Shown here piece after piece: positions 19,289 to 29,706 of a stretch of 64,000 nt of DNA. Numbering within the stretch: position 1 is the stretch's first letter; the number at the start of each line of letters is the position of its first letter. The position numbers and the translations under genes were made by a program. The stretch is taken from positions 1-64,000 of the IMG/VR virus record IMGVR_UViG_3300035698_022014, one strand, 5' to 3'. Source of the stretch: a virus. Under the pieces are notes generated by a model. It saw only the letters and a list, made by a program, of their open reading frames with translations, searched no databases and was not told the DNA's origin.

Positions 19289-21421
19289 TTAGCCTCCCTT
19301 AGTGCCTGCAGTGCCTGACAGACTGTAATATTGGAAGTTGCCCCAGTCACCTCGACTTCCCCTCGTATCAACATGCACAAATGTCCCATAAGAGCCGAAT
19401 CCTCTGAACCCTACTTGGTATGCAAGATTCATAAACCGTATTTGATTCGATCTTCCTGAAACACTACAATCAAAGGCCTTTCCTGCTAGATGCAACGACC
19501 CTGGTTTTCCACCTGCACTCCTGTTGGCGCGCGGACTTCTATATGCACTATTTATAACAATTGTTTGACCCCAACGTGTTGCAAGTAAATATAGCATGTA
19601 CATCGATTCGACATCGACACCGCCTCCAATGCTCATTGGGGTAAACCCTGCAGGCCCTGAAAGACTTGAAGAAGGGCCTGGGGAGTACTTGATTCCGCCC
19701 TTACCTGCAACTGCATCTTGATATGAGGGGAATGTATATCCTGTAGGTATGTTGGGGGTTGGACCATATCCAACATATGGCACTGTTCCTTGTGGCAGGT
19801 TTGCAACGCCGCCTCTTGCTGTTGTTGCAGGCAAAGATCCTGACAACCTTGAAGCTTCTAGTCTTGCTTGTGTGTCAAACCTTGTTGCACCAGATCCTAT
19901 TGCTGTCAAGGTAGTTCCATTGCCTGCTGCAGACAATACAACATTTGTGTCCCTGAATTGTGTGTGAACAGACTCAAGTGGTTTAATTGAAAGATCAAAC
20001 AGTCTTTCTATTTCTCTGACAAGATTACCAAAACGAAGGACGACGAAATCGACTTCCTCTATTTGTGGATCTCTGTATTTTGCAATGGCTATTGCAATTT
20101 GTCCTCTGACAACATCTTTCATTTGATTGGCCGTTTCATCGCTTGCTGCTTTCTGAGCAGATGCTACAAGGCCTGCATTTTTCCTTTGAATCGGTCCCAT
20201 ATTGAAATTGAAATTATTACTGAGAATGTCCGTCGCAAAAAAGAATATCTTAGACTTTAGTTGGCTCGATGCACCATCAATAACAGACGACATTTCGCGG
20301 TCGAGGTTCCTCAATACGCCGACAGCAGCAAACCCTCTTACAATCTCACGCATTGCGTTAAGGTCCGTCTCCAACGTGATTCCAAACCCCTTTGAAGCCT
20401 CGCCGAGTGTCGCAAAAGTCGATGAAAGAGTTCCTTCCATTGCTTGCTTGATTGAGTTGCTTATCTCTTGTGTTCTTGAGGGGTTTGAAACAGAAACACT
20501 TTCAGCTTCTGCATATAGTCCACCTGCTAATTCATCAAAGATGTTTGATGCGTTAGCATAATCTTCATACATTTTAACATTCAACTGTGATGTTAAAATG
20601 GACAGTTGCGTCAACTGTGAGGTCATCGATTCAATACTGACTTTGGAAATGGGACACGAGGTTTCTTTGCCCACATCTTTGATGCTTTGAATGTACGATA
20701 AGAGGTTGTTTATGACAGATGCAAGCTGTGCTGCTTCGACAAAGCCAAAGTCTGAATCAAACGATCCGCTCAATGCTGCTACAGCAGTCTGTGCAGTCTG
20801 TTGTATGTTTGCAAGTAAGCTACGTGCTGCTCCAACAAGAGACAGTAACTTCTTTACCAATGCAAGTACTTCCTCTAGTTTTGCGCCAATAGTATTTACG
20901 AAGGAGGTGAACTCATCACCAAAGCTCCCTGCATTGTTGAAAACGTCCTTGCGACCGCTTACGTTAGAGTATACGTTATTTACAACAAAACACGATCCTA
21001 CAACATCTAAACCGTTTCCAAGACGTAAAAGATAGTTTTCAACGAGCAACAAAACTCCTCTTGGGTTTTGCTGTGTCTGTGACCCTAATGTTGTAGGGTT
21101 TAGACTGTTAGAGCTTATTATCTGCGTGACCTCTGCAGATGTTATGTCACTAAGATTTATTCTCCTCTCAATGCTTGGAAACTCTATAGCGAACGATCTA
21201 AATTCTTGAGTCCGTAATGGAGTCGTGGAAGCTGTGTTTGGTGATAGACTGTTTCTTGTTGCACGATATATTTTAATCTCGGCATTTATTATTGCTGTGT
21301 TGGTGTTGAGCAGGGCGATGTCCACATTATTGTTTCCAGCCAACGGAGTAAGGATCGCCTCCGAAGCTAATCGGAGACTTTCAACCAACTCTTCGGAATA
21401 TTTACAGCTATTAATGTCCAT
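19289..21421 (-). CDS. Virion protein with long helical N-terminus and C-terminal peptidase M15 (Zn) domain
   Basis: SAYRSPRAN...GSLHLAGKAFD...FVHVDTRG. Confidence 0.8.
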   Translation of the reverse strand: MDINSCKYSEELVESLRLASEAILTPLAGNNNVDIALLNTNTAIINAEIKIYRATRNSLSPNTASTTPLRTQEFRSFAIEFPSIERRINLSDITSAEVTQIISSNSLNPTTLGSQTQQNPRGVLLLVENYLLRLGNGLDVVGSCFVVNNVYSNVSGRKDVFNNAGSFGDEFTSFVNTIGAKLEEVLALVKKLLSLVGAARSLLANIQQTAQTAVAALSGSFDSDFGFVEAAQLASVINNLLSYIQSIKDVGKETSCPISKVSIESMTSQLTQLSILTSQLNVKMYEDYANASNIFDELAGGLYAEAESVSVSNPSRTQEISNSIKQAMEGTLSSTFATLGEASKGFGITLETDLNAMREIVRGFAAVGVLRNLDREMSSVIDGASSQLKSKIFFFATDILSNNFNFNMGPIQRKNAGLVASAQKAASDETANQMKDVVRGQIAIAIAKYRDPQIEEVDFVVLRFGNLVREIERLFDLSIKPLESVHTQFRDTNVVLSAAGNGTTLTAIGSGATRFDTQARLEASRLSGSLPATTARGGVANLPQGTVPYVGYGPTPNIPTGYTFPSYQDAVAGKGGIKYSPGPSSSLSGPAGFTPMSIGGGVDVESMYMLYLLATRWGQTIVINSAYRSPRANRSAGGKPGSLHLAGKAFDCSVSGRSNQIRFMNLAYQVGFRGFGSYGTFVHVDTRGSRGDWGNFQYYSLSGTAGTKGG

Positions 21422-21432
21422 GAAATTCCCTC

Positions 21433-23727
21433 TTACGTAAATCTTGTTTGATCAGGCGACGTGATTGATCTGATAGGTGGCTCAGGGATGCTGTCACTTT
21501 CAGGAGTAGTACCTTCTAATGGAGGCTCTGCTCCATCAGCCCTTTCACCCACACTGGACGGGTTGTAGTTGAACTGCGGTGCGTCTATTTTCTGCTTGAC
21601 TTCAGCAGGTTGAGCGCCACCGTCTGCCAATTGTATAACGTCGTCAATGTATACAATCGGTCCAGCTATATGAACATTGCCTGAACCTGTTAATCTCATT
21701 TCTGAATTGGAAGATGCATTCAATCTCCCACTTCCTGAATCTAGGAACATGGCTGTCGACTTCAATGAAAGTAGTCCACCTGAATTTATGTTTGTTGTTG
21801 TTTTTGCATTGATGAACACATTTGTTTCAGATCCTATAGAGACAAAGCTCTCTGACTTCATTGCAATCGCACTTCCTGAATTGATTCTAAGATTACCCTT
21901 CGACTGCATAGATATTGTTCCTTCGTCAGAATTGAGAAACAAGTTTTGCTTAGGACTGACAAACATGTTACCTTGTGATTTCATATGAATGCTGTCTTGT
22001 GACTCTACATATACACCTTGGTTGCCTGTTATACTTGTCCACTCCCCACCTATTCTGATATTTTTCGACTTGAAGTTTATTGATTCGCCTGACTCAAACA
22101 CAATGTTTTTTGCTGTCCTGATGCTAATGTTTTCAACATTGGAATCGAATCCTATTGAAGCACTTCTTATGTCTGTTCGATCAGCACCATTGAGTTCAAT
22201 CTTCCCTGCACTACCAATCTGTACATTACCGTGAACTATTTGCTTGTAATCGCCTTGGATTTCCTCGACCTTGTTCCCTTTAATTAACGTGTGACAATCG
22301 CCATCGATTGTGACGAGATTGTTTCCTCTTATATACACGTGATGGTTTCGCTCGTGTATATCATACGTGTCGTTGACGTTCTTGTGAGTTGTGCTCGTCG
22401 GTGCTATTTGAATATAGGAACCACTGTGGTGCCATATCATGATTCGTTCTGCACCAGGCGTATCATCGAGCTCAATCGAGTGACCTGATGCTGTCTCAAC
22501 TACTCTGTTATACGGATATTGAGCAGCATATGCAGAAGCTGGTTCTTCCCATGATGTAGTTTCAGCAGGTGTCGGCGGCGTTGTGTTCATGTATCCGCTA
22601 TACGGATCGTTCGACGCAACTTGACCATCAGGTTGAGGCGTGTCAGTAGGTCCGCCTATAACAGAAGGGTTTTTTCTTTGGTAGTATTTGTTGATGCTGT
22701 CTACAGTAATGGTGCCGTCACTGCCACGCCATCCAGGATTATTGGTCCATGCTTGTCCGCCAACAGGATATACGATAGTGTCGCCTGATCTCGAAGCAAA
22801 TGCTGGTGCAGCTTGCATTATACCTAATCCAGATGTGTTACGATAATTCCACCTTTTTAGATACAGACCATAGGCGCGCAACTGTTCTGCAGGTGTCGAA
22901 CTAGCTATTGATTGGGGCGTGTACTTGGTTCCGTTTCTATTGTTTATGTCTGTCAGTGCATTAGACCCTAGTTGGAAAAACCCTGCATAACCAAACCTAT
23001 TAATTACAGACGGATTGTAGGTGCTTTCGCCTGCAATAATTCCATAGACTTGTTCTCTTGATAGACCATATTGACTTTTCAATATCGACAATTCACTTTG
23101 AAACTCTTTGTCATTGTCGAGCGCGTCTATCTTTGCTTGCATATCAGCACCAACAAACGCTGATGAAGTTCCTTGACTATTCTCCGACTCGTTTACATCG
23201 TTGCCCCACAAGTTTCCGTTCCCGACACTACTGTGGTTTCTTATTTTGCCACCTGCTATTGGGATTTCTTTTACGCGATTTGTTTCAAGGGCCTCGTTGT
23301 ATGTCTCGTTTAAAAACTCGCCTGTTGCTAGCTTTGAAACTGGTGACAGTCCTAAATCCCTTGGTCTTGATCCTTGGGCTTGTCTATCATAATTTTCAAC
23401 AGGGATTGCGCCCCATCCTGTTGTTGCAGGATCGACCAAAGCAGTGATTTGTGTTGGAATCAGGCCCAACAACATTGGCTGTTGGGCATCTCTACCATCA
23501 ACGAAGAAACCAAACATCCACGCGTTCAGCGGCGGAACAGTGAAGTTCACGTCGTGGCTTCCTATAATCAAGGTGGCCCAAGGCAGATCCTCGGTAGGGA
23601 CGTCACGGTTGGAGCCATGGATTCCAAATGCTCTGACCTGTACTCTACCTTCTGCACGCGGATCTTCGCGATTTTCAACTACACCAATAAAAAACAACGG
23701 CTGAATAAAACCTAAACCTGTATCCAT
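21433..23727 (-). CDS. gp5: Baseplate hub/needle protein gp5 with transglycosylase-like domain
   Basis: OB fold GVVENREDP...GRVQVRAFGIH...LPWA; IAGESTYNP...AGFFQL; YPYNRVVETASGH; beta-helix repeats. Confidence 0.9.
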   Translation of the reverse strand: MDTGLGFIQPLFFIGVVENREDPRAEGRVQVRAFGIHGSNRDVPTEDLPWATLIIGSHDVNFTVPPLNAWMFGFFVDGRDAQQPMLLGLIPTQITALVDPATTGWGAIPVENYDRQAQGSRPRDLGLSPVSKLATGEFLNETYNEALETNRVKEIPIAGGKIRNHSSVGNGNLWGNDVNESENSQGTSSAFVGADMQAKIDALDNDKEFQSELSILKSQYGLSREQVYGIIAGESTYNPSVINRFGYAGFFQLGSNALTDINNRNGTKYTPQSIASSTPAEQLRAYGLYLKRWNYRNTSGLGIMQAAPAFASRSGDTIVYPVGGQAWTNNPGWRGSDGTITVDSINKYYQRKNPSVIGGPTDTPQPDGQVASNDPYSGYMNTTPPTPAETTSWEEPASAYAAQYPYNRVVETASGHSIELDDTPGAERIMIWHHSGSYIQIAPTSTTHKNVNDTYDIHERNHHVYIRGNNLVTIDGDCHTLIKGNKVEEIQGDYKQIVHGNVQIGSAGKIELNGADRTDIRSASIGFDSNVENISIRTAKNIVFESGESINFKSKNIRIGGEWTSITGNQGVYVESQDSIHMKSQGNMFVSPKQNLFLNSDEGTISMQSKGNLRINSGSAIAMKSESFVSIGSETNVFINAKTTTNINSGGLLSLKSTAMFLDSGSGRLNASSNSEMRLTGSGNVHIAGPIVYIDDVIQLADGGAQPAEVKQKIDAPQFNYNPSSVGERADGAEPPLEGTTPESDSIPEPPIRSITSPDQTRFT

Positions 23728-23729
23728 AA

Positions 23730-25208
23730 TTAACGACCACCTCTAAATCTTCTTATATCAACAGATTCTGACCAATCTTTTTTTATCATTGTGTAATAGT
23801 TTTTCATTTCATCTTGTTCCATTATGTGGCTAACAGATTTCAATATGTACTTCCCGCTCAGATGTCTGTTCTGCTCAGGCTCGCCAAGATTTGTGCCATC
23901 AGGCTGTTGAAGCTTTTTGACTTCAAGATCGATAATGTCCCCTGCTGTGATGTCTAGTCTACCAGGTCCTGATGCAGAAACAATCACACTCTCAATGTGT
24001 CTGGAATATGCCTGTCTATTAGAGACGATTTCCGCATAATACGTTTCAGCGGAGAGTACAGTTCCCTCATCAGCATTTTCTCTATCTTTGTCGTAATTAA
24101 CAACAATTAAGAACTGCTTCTGAACATCTTCGTCTCTTCCATTTGATGAAGATGTCCGATGTGAATTGTTAACGAATTTTCTTGTGTGTCTATCCTCAAG
24201 CTGTTCAAACGCTTTCACATCAAAGTATTTTCTACGTTCGTCAAAATAGTTATACTGTCCATCTTCATTCAGTAGATTCGTCTGTCTTCTCAATATGTCC
24301 AACTCAATAGCTTTGTTGCGGTATGCACCATTATACAAGTCTCCAAGACTGTTGATTCTCTCTGTGTTCTCTATTGTCTCAAGATTGTTCAACTGCATGT
24401 CGAAGTTGTCAAGTGTGTTTGGGATAGCATCAAGAAATGTAAACTCAAACGTCCTTCCCAGATCGTAATCAGGATCGGTCGTGTCCTGTGCCATTCTAAA
24501 CAAGTGCTCGTCCGTAACAAAGTGGTATCCACGTGTAGACTCAAAGAAGCGATATGTGCAAGACGGACTTTTTGAAGTGGAGTACGATCTTTTTGTCAGA
24601 AACGCCATTGCTTCTTCAGGTCTCATTTTTGGTATGATACAACGTGCTCTTCCACTCGTCTCCTCAACGATGAACGGTTTTTTGTCCTGAGGCTCCAAAA
24701 AAGTATCTGCAACATTGTCAAAATAATCATCGAACACTGTTTGAGCCATTTCTGATATTTGAATATCGCGGAACGGTCTTGTGATCTCATATGTCCCTGC
24801 TTTGTATGATTGATACGAGATAAAATGCATGTCGTATTGGATACCGTCATTAGTATCCTTTGTTGTCACGTTATCGATTTTATACACAAATCCTACAAAG
24901 CGGAACGGCTCAGCAATGTTTCCACCACTAAGGCCACCATTTTCATTTATTGATCTCGAATCAGCGATCTCAAGAATAATCTGTTCTTCTCCACGCAAAG
25001 GAGGGTTGTCACCAACACCTTCAAGCAGACCGACAGAATCAATGACACTAATTGTACCATACATTGTCTCGCTGTCTATTGACGAGTTTAGACTGAACGA
25101 TGGTATCAGTCCTGTTATGTCGAGTTCTATTATCTCAGGGCTGAATTCAAACCTCAGCAATGCTCTTTGAAGGTTGTAGTATGTGGGGTTTACGAAGGTC
25201 TGAGTCAT
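23730..25208 (-). CDS. Baseplate hub protein (gp27-like)
   Basis: Position between gp53 and gp5; PLRGEE, YRFFES, LSGKYIL motifs. Confidence 0.65.
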   Translation of the reverse strand: MTQTFVNPTYYNLQRALLRFEFSPEIIELDITGLIPSFSLNSSIDSETMYGTISVIDSVGLLEGVGDNPPLRGEEQIILEIADSRSINENGGLSGGNIAEPFRFVGFVYKIDNVTTKDTNDGIQYDMHFISYQSYKAGTYEITRPFRDIQISEMAQTVFDDYFDNVADTFLEPQDKKPFIVEETSGRARCIIPKMRPEEAMAFLTKRSYSTSKSPSCTYRFFESTRGYHFVTDEHLFRMAQDTTDPDYDLGRTFEFTFLDAIPNTLDNFDMQLNNLETIENTERINSLGDLYNGAYRNKAIELDILRRQTNLLNEDGQYNYFDERRKYFDVKAFEQLEDRHTRKFVNNSHRTSSSNGRDEDVQKQFLIVVNYDKDRENADEGTVLSAETYYAEIVSNRQAYSRHIESVIVSASGPGRLDITAGDIIDLEVKKLQQPDGTNLGEPEQNRHLSGKYILKSVSHIMEQDEMKNYYTMIKKDWSESVDIRRFRGGR

Positions 25209-25456
25209 TCGCTGATAGACCTTTTAAACTCCTCAACAGCTTGATTACGAAACTGTTTGTCTATCAAAACAATTTCTCTCTTGTTTTCATTAATCTGCTT
25301 TTCATATTCGTAAACTCTTATTGGAGTCCACTCTTCTGGAATTATTTGCCTTACTACAATTCTTCTTCCTCTTTCGGTTAGGAGGATCTCGTCTGATTCT
25401 GTTCTAAGAAAAAGCGTCTTAAAGGATTCAGGACTGACTCTTACAATATCAATCAT
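25205..25456 (-). CDS. gp53 C-terminal part, encoded as a separate ORF
   Basis: VYEYEKQINENKREIVLI resembles the gp53 C-terminus; AAGGA RBS and ATGA overlap. Confidence 0.6.
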   Translation of the reverse strand: MIDIVRVSPESFKTLFLRTESDEILLTERGRRIVVRQIIPEEWTPIRVYEYEKQINENKREIVLIDKQFRNQAVEEFKRSISE

Positions 25457-25836
25457 TTGATTACATCCTTATAGTAATATACAACATTGTCGGTTGAAGT
25501 TGTGTCCTGACCCCATCGTAGAACATCTATGCCTTCTTTTTTTGATATTTTGGCATACTTGTTGATAAAATATAAGTCGAACTCTTCGTCGGTCATTGGC
25601 CATTGGGTATATGGATCTACAATGTTATTTGCTAACATCACTAGCCACGTATCATCGACTGATCCGTAATAATAGTACGCTACATCTTCAGCCTTCTCGC
25701 CTTCTCGGACTGTATATGGCAAAAATATGTACGGATCGCGTAGAGTTTCGTCAATCACCTTACTACGTCTTGTAATGTCACGTACCATTTTGCCGTCATA
25801 TCTGATTAACGGATAATTGGAAAAGTATTTAGACAT
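25453..25836 (-). CDS. gp53: Baseplate wedge gp53, N-terminal LysM-like part
   Basis: YFSNYP, YTVREGEKAEDVAYYYYG...WLVMLANNIVDPYTQWP. Confidence 0.85.
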   Translation of the reverse strand: MSKYFSNYPLIRYDGKMVRDITRRSKVIDETLRDPYIFLPYTVREGEKAEDVAYYYYGSVDDTWLVMLANNIVDPYTQWPMTDEEFDLYFINKYAKISKKEGIDVLRWGQDTTSTDNVVYYYKDVIK

Positions 25837-26813
25837 TAAATCCCTCCTCTTATTCTGCCTGCTTGGTCAGTACTATTTAAGTTTGTGCTTGTACTTTCTG
25901 TATCAATGTCAACACTACTACCGCCATAATCTTCTGATGTGTGGATATCCGATTCAATAATATTCATCTGCATCTGAACCACGGCAGGACGTCCACCGCG
26001 AAGTATGGCATTTCCATTGGTTGTAAAGTTAGAGCTGAAGGTTTGAATCATTGCCGTTTTAAAATGGAAGTAGTAATCAGGATCAACCCCTACAAAGAAT
26101 ATGTCAACCATCGCAGGATATTTAAACATCGCTCTTTGAATCACAGACGTATTGACGTATTGCGGTAACATGTTTCGCTTTATTGTATCGGATATTTGTT
26201 GCAAGTTTACAGATTCTTGTGAACTCTTTGGAGCCATTGTCCAGTCAAAACTATGTGTCTTCATTTCCACACCGTCGAATGACAGAGCGGCTTTTGGGTT
26301 TACAAAGGTTCCTGTTCCTGCATCTATGTTTCTGCCTTGATTTGGAAATGCTTGATCGATACCTTTTCTTGCAAGAAAAGCCAGATCCTGAGAGAGCTTT
26401 CCTGCAATCTCACTCGCGTTTGATCCTTGTATGTTCGGCATGCTCTTGAGTGCACTGCTACTAAGAGCGCCTGTTATACTTCCTATTCCTAAGTTGTCTA
26501 TGTCAACTTCAGATATCAAACTTGACACAGTCTCTCCCATAGAACCCTGATCAAAACGTTGTATCCTCACAGCAAACGAGTCGGATATGTTGGCAGGCAA
26601 AGGCAAAAATATTGTGTCTGAAACTGTCGATCCTGCACTCACTAATTGCGAGAAGCCTCTTTCAGAGGATGGACGAAACTGATAATCCCTAAACATCAAC
26701 AACATCCCATAATCATTGTCTTCAATGGGAAAGGAAAGGTTGGTTGACGTTGAGGATTTTGATGCTCTCATTATATCCTGTTTTATAGGTCTGAATCTTT
26801 GTCCGTTAGGCAT
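25836..26813 (-). CDS. gp48: Baseplate tail-tube cap gp48
   Basis: IFLPLPANISD, NPKAALSFDG...HSFDWTMAPKSSQES, FKYP; start reassigned to the ATG after the late promoter. Confidence 0.8.
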   Translation of the reverse strand: MPNGQRFRPIKQDIMRASKSSTSTNLSFPIEDNDYGMLLMFRDYQFRPSSERGFSQLVSAGSTVSDTIFLPLPANISDSFAVRIQRFDQGSMGETVSSLISEVDIDNLGIGSITGALSSSALKSMPNIQGSNASEIAGKLSQDLAFLARKGIDQAFPNQGRNIDAGTGTFVNPKAALSFDGVEMKTHSFDWTMAPKSSQESVNLQQISDTIKRNMLPQYVNTSVIQRAMFKYPAMVDIFFVGVDPDYYFHFKTAMIQTFSSNFTTNGNAILRGGRPAVVQMQMNIIESDIHTSEDYGGSSVDIDTESTSTNLNSTDQAGRIRGGI

Positions 26814-26881
26814 ATTGGTTCCTATTGTTATCGACGTGGTCGCTTTTGTCTCACCTGCTATTGATAACAGGTGATTACAGG

Positions 26882-26973
26882 TATTTATACGAAAACAATC
26901 ACACATCAACCCAATTTACATTCACGACAAATAAAAGTATTCAACAGTCAATGTTTTATTTATGTGATAAATA
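26882..26973. promoter_or_regulatory. Divergent late promoters: TATAAATA (-, 26882-26889) and GATAAATA (+, 26966-26973)
   Basis: Back-to-back motifs at the strand switch between gp48 and gp4. Confidence 0.75.
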
Positions 26974-27018
26974 GTACACGCGTGCAATTTGCACCTATTG
27001 ATACGAAAAGAGGAAGTT

Positions 27019-27483
27019 TTGGCTTACAGAGGAAAATTTAGACCTAACAACCCTGGAAAGTACAAAGGGGATCCCACAAAGATCACCTACAGATCTTTGT
27101 GGGAGCTTAAAGTGTTCAGGAGATGCGACGATCACCCTGATATTATAGAATGGCAGTCTGAAGAAATCGCAATTCCTTATATGAACCCTGTAAAAGGCAA
27201 AACAAGCAGATACTTTCCTGACATTGTAATAAAAAAGCGTGTTGGTATTGATAAATATGAGATGATCATGATTGAGATCAAACCTAAAAGTCAAACTAAA
27301 CCGCCCGACCCATCAAAAAAGAACAATACGCCTACAGGAAGAATATCAAGACGGTATATAAATGAGGCTGCTACATACGCTATTAACGAGGCAAAGTGGA
27401 AGGCAGCACAAAGGTATTGTAAAGAACGTGGGTGGATTTGGCACATTATGACAGAAGACGAAATTAAACCACTAGGGAAATAA
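27019..27483 (+). CDS. gp4: Head completion nuclease gp4 (TnsA-like)
   Basis: KYKGDPTKITYRSLWE, WQSEE, RYFPD, IEIKPKSQT, NEAKWKAA; TTG start after GAGG. Confidence 0.92.
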   Translation: MAYRGKFRPNNPGKYKGDPTKITYRSLWELKVFRRCDDHPDIIEWQSEEIAIPYMNPVKGKTSRYFPDIVIKKRVGIDKYEMIMIEIKPKSQTKPPDPSKKNNTPTGRISRRYINEAATYAINEAKWKAAQRYCKERGWIWHIMTEDEIKPLGK

Positions 27484-27484
27484 C

Positions 27485-28081
27485 ATGGCTAGTTTATTTG
27501 ATGATATATTGCTTAAAGGTGTGCGTGCAGGTCAGATGCCTGCACGCTCCTCGACAGCGCGTGAATGGTTCCGCGAAAAGGCAAAAGGCCTTGGGAAAGT
27601 AACAGAAACAAAACTTCTGCGTGATGACACAAGTCGACTGAAGGATAGAACAGCTATAGGCAAGATGTACTTCTTCATGTATGATCCAAAACACAAAAAG
27701 ACATTGCCCTACTATGACTCGTTTCCGTTAATCTTTCCTGTAGATCGTGCTGAAGGCGGCTTTTACGGTATCAACTTCCATTATCTGCCACTGCCTATGC
27801 GTGCTGATTTGATGGACGCTCTCTATGACATTACAAACAATCAAAGATACAACGAGGGTACAAAGCTCAAACTTTCATACAGTGTACTGAAGGGCGTGGA
27901 AAAATTCGACGCCTTCAAACCTGCATTCAAGAGATATTTAAGTGCCCAAGTTCGAAGTAGATTCATACAGGTGCAGGCTGCAGAATGGGACATAGCTTTG
28001 TTTCTCGGCAGCGAGCAGTTCGTTGGTGCTTCCAAAACTAAAGTGTGGGCCGATTCCAGAAAAATAATAAAGGGCAAGTAG
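27485..28081 (+). CDS. gp2: DNA end protector gp2
   Basis: GKMYFFMYDPKHKKTLPYYDSFPL, GINFHYL. Confidence 0.92.
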   Translation: MASLFDDILLKGVRAGQMPARSSTAREWFREKAKGLGKVTETKLLRDDTSRLKDRTAIGKMYFFMYDPKHKKTLPYYDSFPLIFPVDRAEGGFYGINFHYLPLPMRADLMDALYDITNNQRYNEGTKLKLSYSVLKGVEKFDAFKPAFKRYLSAQVRSRFIQVQAAEWDIALFLGSEQFVGASKTKVWADSRKIIKGK

Positions 28082-28085
28082 GCAC

Positions 28086-28808
28086 ATGTTCAACATATCA
28101 GAATTTAAATCGAGAATGGACCGTCACGGCGGACCTGCACGTACAAGTCTGTTTGAGGTGTCTATATCATCCACAAATAGACGTGGCGAGATAATAGTTC
28201 CTGGTGTGATATCAACAGACGATCTCAGATTCTTTTGTCAGACTGTTACGATGCCAGGAATCAACCTTGAGGTGATGTCATACAAGCCTAACGGTGTTGG
28301 GTATGGTGAATCGATGCCCATGAACGCTACACCAGACCAATTGAACGCTGTGTTCATGCTTGACAGCAATAACCGTGTAATGACCTTCTTTCATCGTTGG
28401 ATCTCATCTGTTGTTAATGTTAGTGGAAGTCGTGGTGGGAATTCTCGTGGACTTGCACCAAAACTCATTGAGTATAAAGACACATACGCTGCATCCGAAC
28501 TATCAATAAGGCACTACTCTACTCACAGCCCATTACAATTCTACGAGTGCCGATATGAAGGCGTGTATCCTACACAGGTCGGTGCAATAGATCTTAGTTG
28601 GGCTGCCAACGATGTTGCAGCCACAACAACAGTAAACTTCTCATATAACAGAATGATATATTCAGGCTTTGTAGATGGCAACTTCGAATCGACAGACAAT
28701 TTCATTGGAACTCAGTCATCTCAAGTGAGGGGCAACGTGATAGGACAAACAGTACAATCGTTTGATCGTAGGTCTGTAGATGCGCTGACCGCACCATCAT
28801 TTTCATAA
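28086..28808 (+). CDS. gp54: Baseplate tail-tube initiator (gp54/gp19 family)
   Basis: ARTSLFEV, VTMPG, YPTQVGAIDLSW; synteny. Confidence 0.75.
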   Translation: MFNISEFKSRMDRHGGPARTSLFEVSISSTNRRGEIIVPGVISTDDLRFFCQTVTMPGINLEVMSYKPNGVGYGESMPMNATPDQLNAVFMLDSNNRVMTFFHRWISSVVNVSGSRGGNSRGLAPKLIEYKDTYAASELSIRHYSTHSPLQFYECRYEGVYPTQVGAIDLSWAANDVAATTTVNFSYNRMIYSGFVDGNFESTDNFIGTQSSQVRGNVIGQTVQSFDRRSVDALTAPSFS

Positions 28809-28829
28809 TATCCAAGGAGACTACACATT

Positions 28830-29531
28830 ATGCCACTACCTAAAATTGATCTTCCAGTCTACCAATGCGAATTACCTTCGACAGGCAAAAAAGTAAAATT
28901 TAGACCGTTTTCTGTTAAAGAGGAGAAGATCCTCTTAATGGCTCAAGAGTCTAAAGACACTGAACAGATGATGCTGTCTATCAAGCAAATTGTCAACAAC
29001 TGTCTGATCAACAATACAATTGAAGATCTTCCTATATTCGATGTTGAGTATTTGTTGATTCAGTTGCGGTCCAAGTCTGTAGACAACATTGTTGTGTTTC
29101 AGATTGAAGATCCTGAAACACAAGAGACGATCAAGCTTGAAATAGATTTGAGCAATGTCAAAATACAAAGAGATGAAAACCACACAAACAAGATCACAAT
29201 TTCAGATGAGTATTCCTTGTTCCTAAAGTATCCTACAATAGATCAGTTTGAAGGATTGGTAGGCAAAGAGAAGCAAACATCAGACGATAGTTATGGTGTC
29301 ATGATTGCTTGTATAGACAAACTTGCATCTGCTGAAGAAGTCTTCACCTTCAAGGACTTCACCAGATTGGAGGTTGATAATTTTATCGACAGTCTTCACA
29401 GTGACACGATCAAGAAAATCAAACAGTTTTTTGATACGATGCCGAAAGTTCGTCATGAAGTTCCGTACAAAAACTCAAAAGGCGAGGACAAGAAGTTTGT
29501 CGTTGAAGGAACACAAACTTTTTTTATCTAA
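28830..29531 (+). CDS. gp26: Baseplate hub assembly gp26
   Basis: LPKIDLPVY..LPSTGKKVKFRPFSVKEEKILL, FFDTMPK. Confidence 0.9.
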   Translation: MPLPKIDLPVYQCELPSTGKKVKFRPFSVKEEKILLMAQESKDTEQMMLSIKQIVNNCLINNTIEDLPIFDVEYLLIQLRSKSVDNIVVFQIEDPETQETIKLEIDLSNVKIQRDENHTNKITISDEYSLFLKYPTIDQFEGLVGKEKQTSDDSYGVMIACIDKLASAEEVFTFKDFTRLEVDNFIDSLHSDTIKKIKQFFDTMPKVRHEVPYKNSKGEDKKFVVEGTQTFFI

Positions 29532-29704
29532 TGTTGAGCCACAATAAACTATCACTCTACTACCAGAAGATATTTGCCATGGCTCAACACCACAAATACA
29601 GTATTACAGAAATTGAAGAAATGCTACCATACGAAAGAGACATTTATTTTGCATTGTTGTTGAATTATATCGAGAAACAGAAAGAAGAGCAAGGGAAGAA
29701 TTAA
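29531..29704 (+). CDS. gp51: Baseplate hub assembly catalyst gp51 (57 aa)
   Basis: Manual translation ...FAMAQHHKYSITEIEEMLPYERDIYFALL...; absent from ORF track. Confidence 0.85.
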   Translation: MLSHNKLSLYYQKIFAMAQHHKYSITEIEEMLPYERDIYFALLLNYIEKQKEEQGKN

Positions 29705-29706
29705 CA

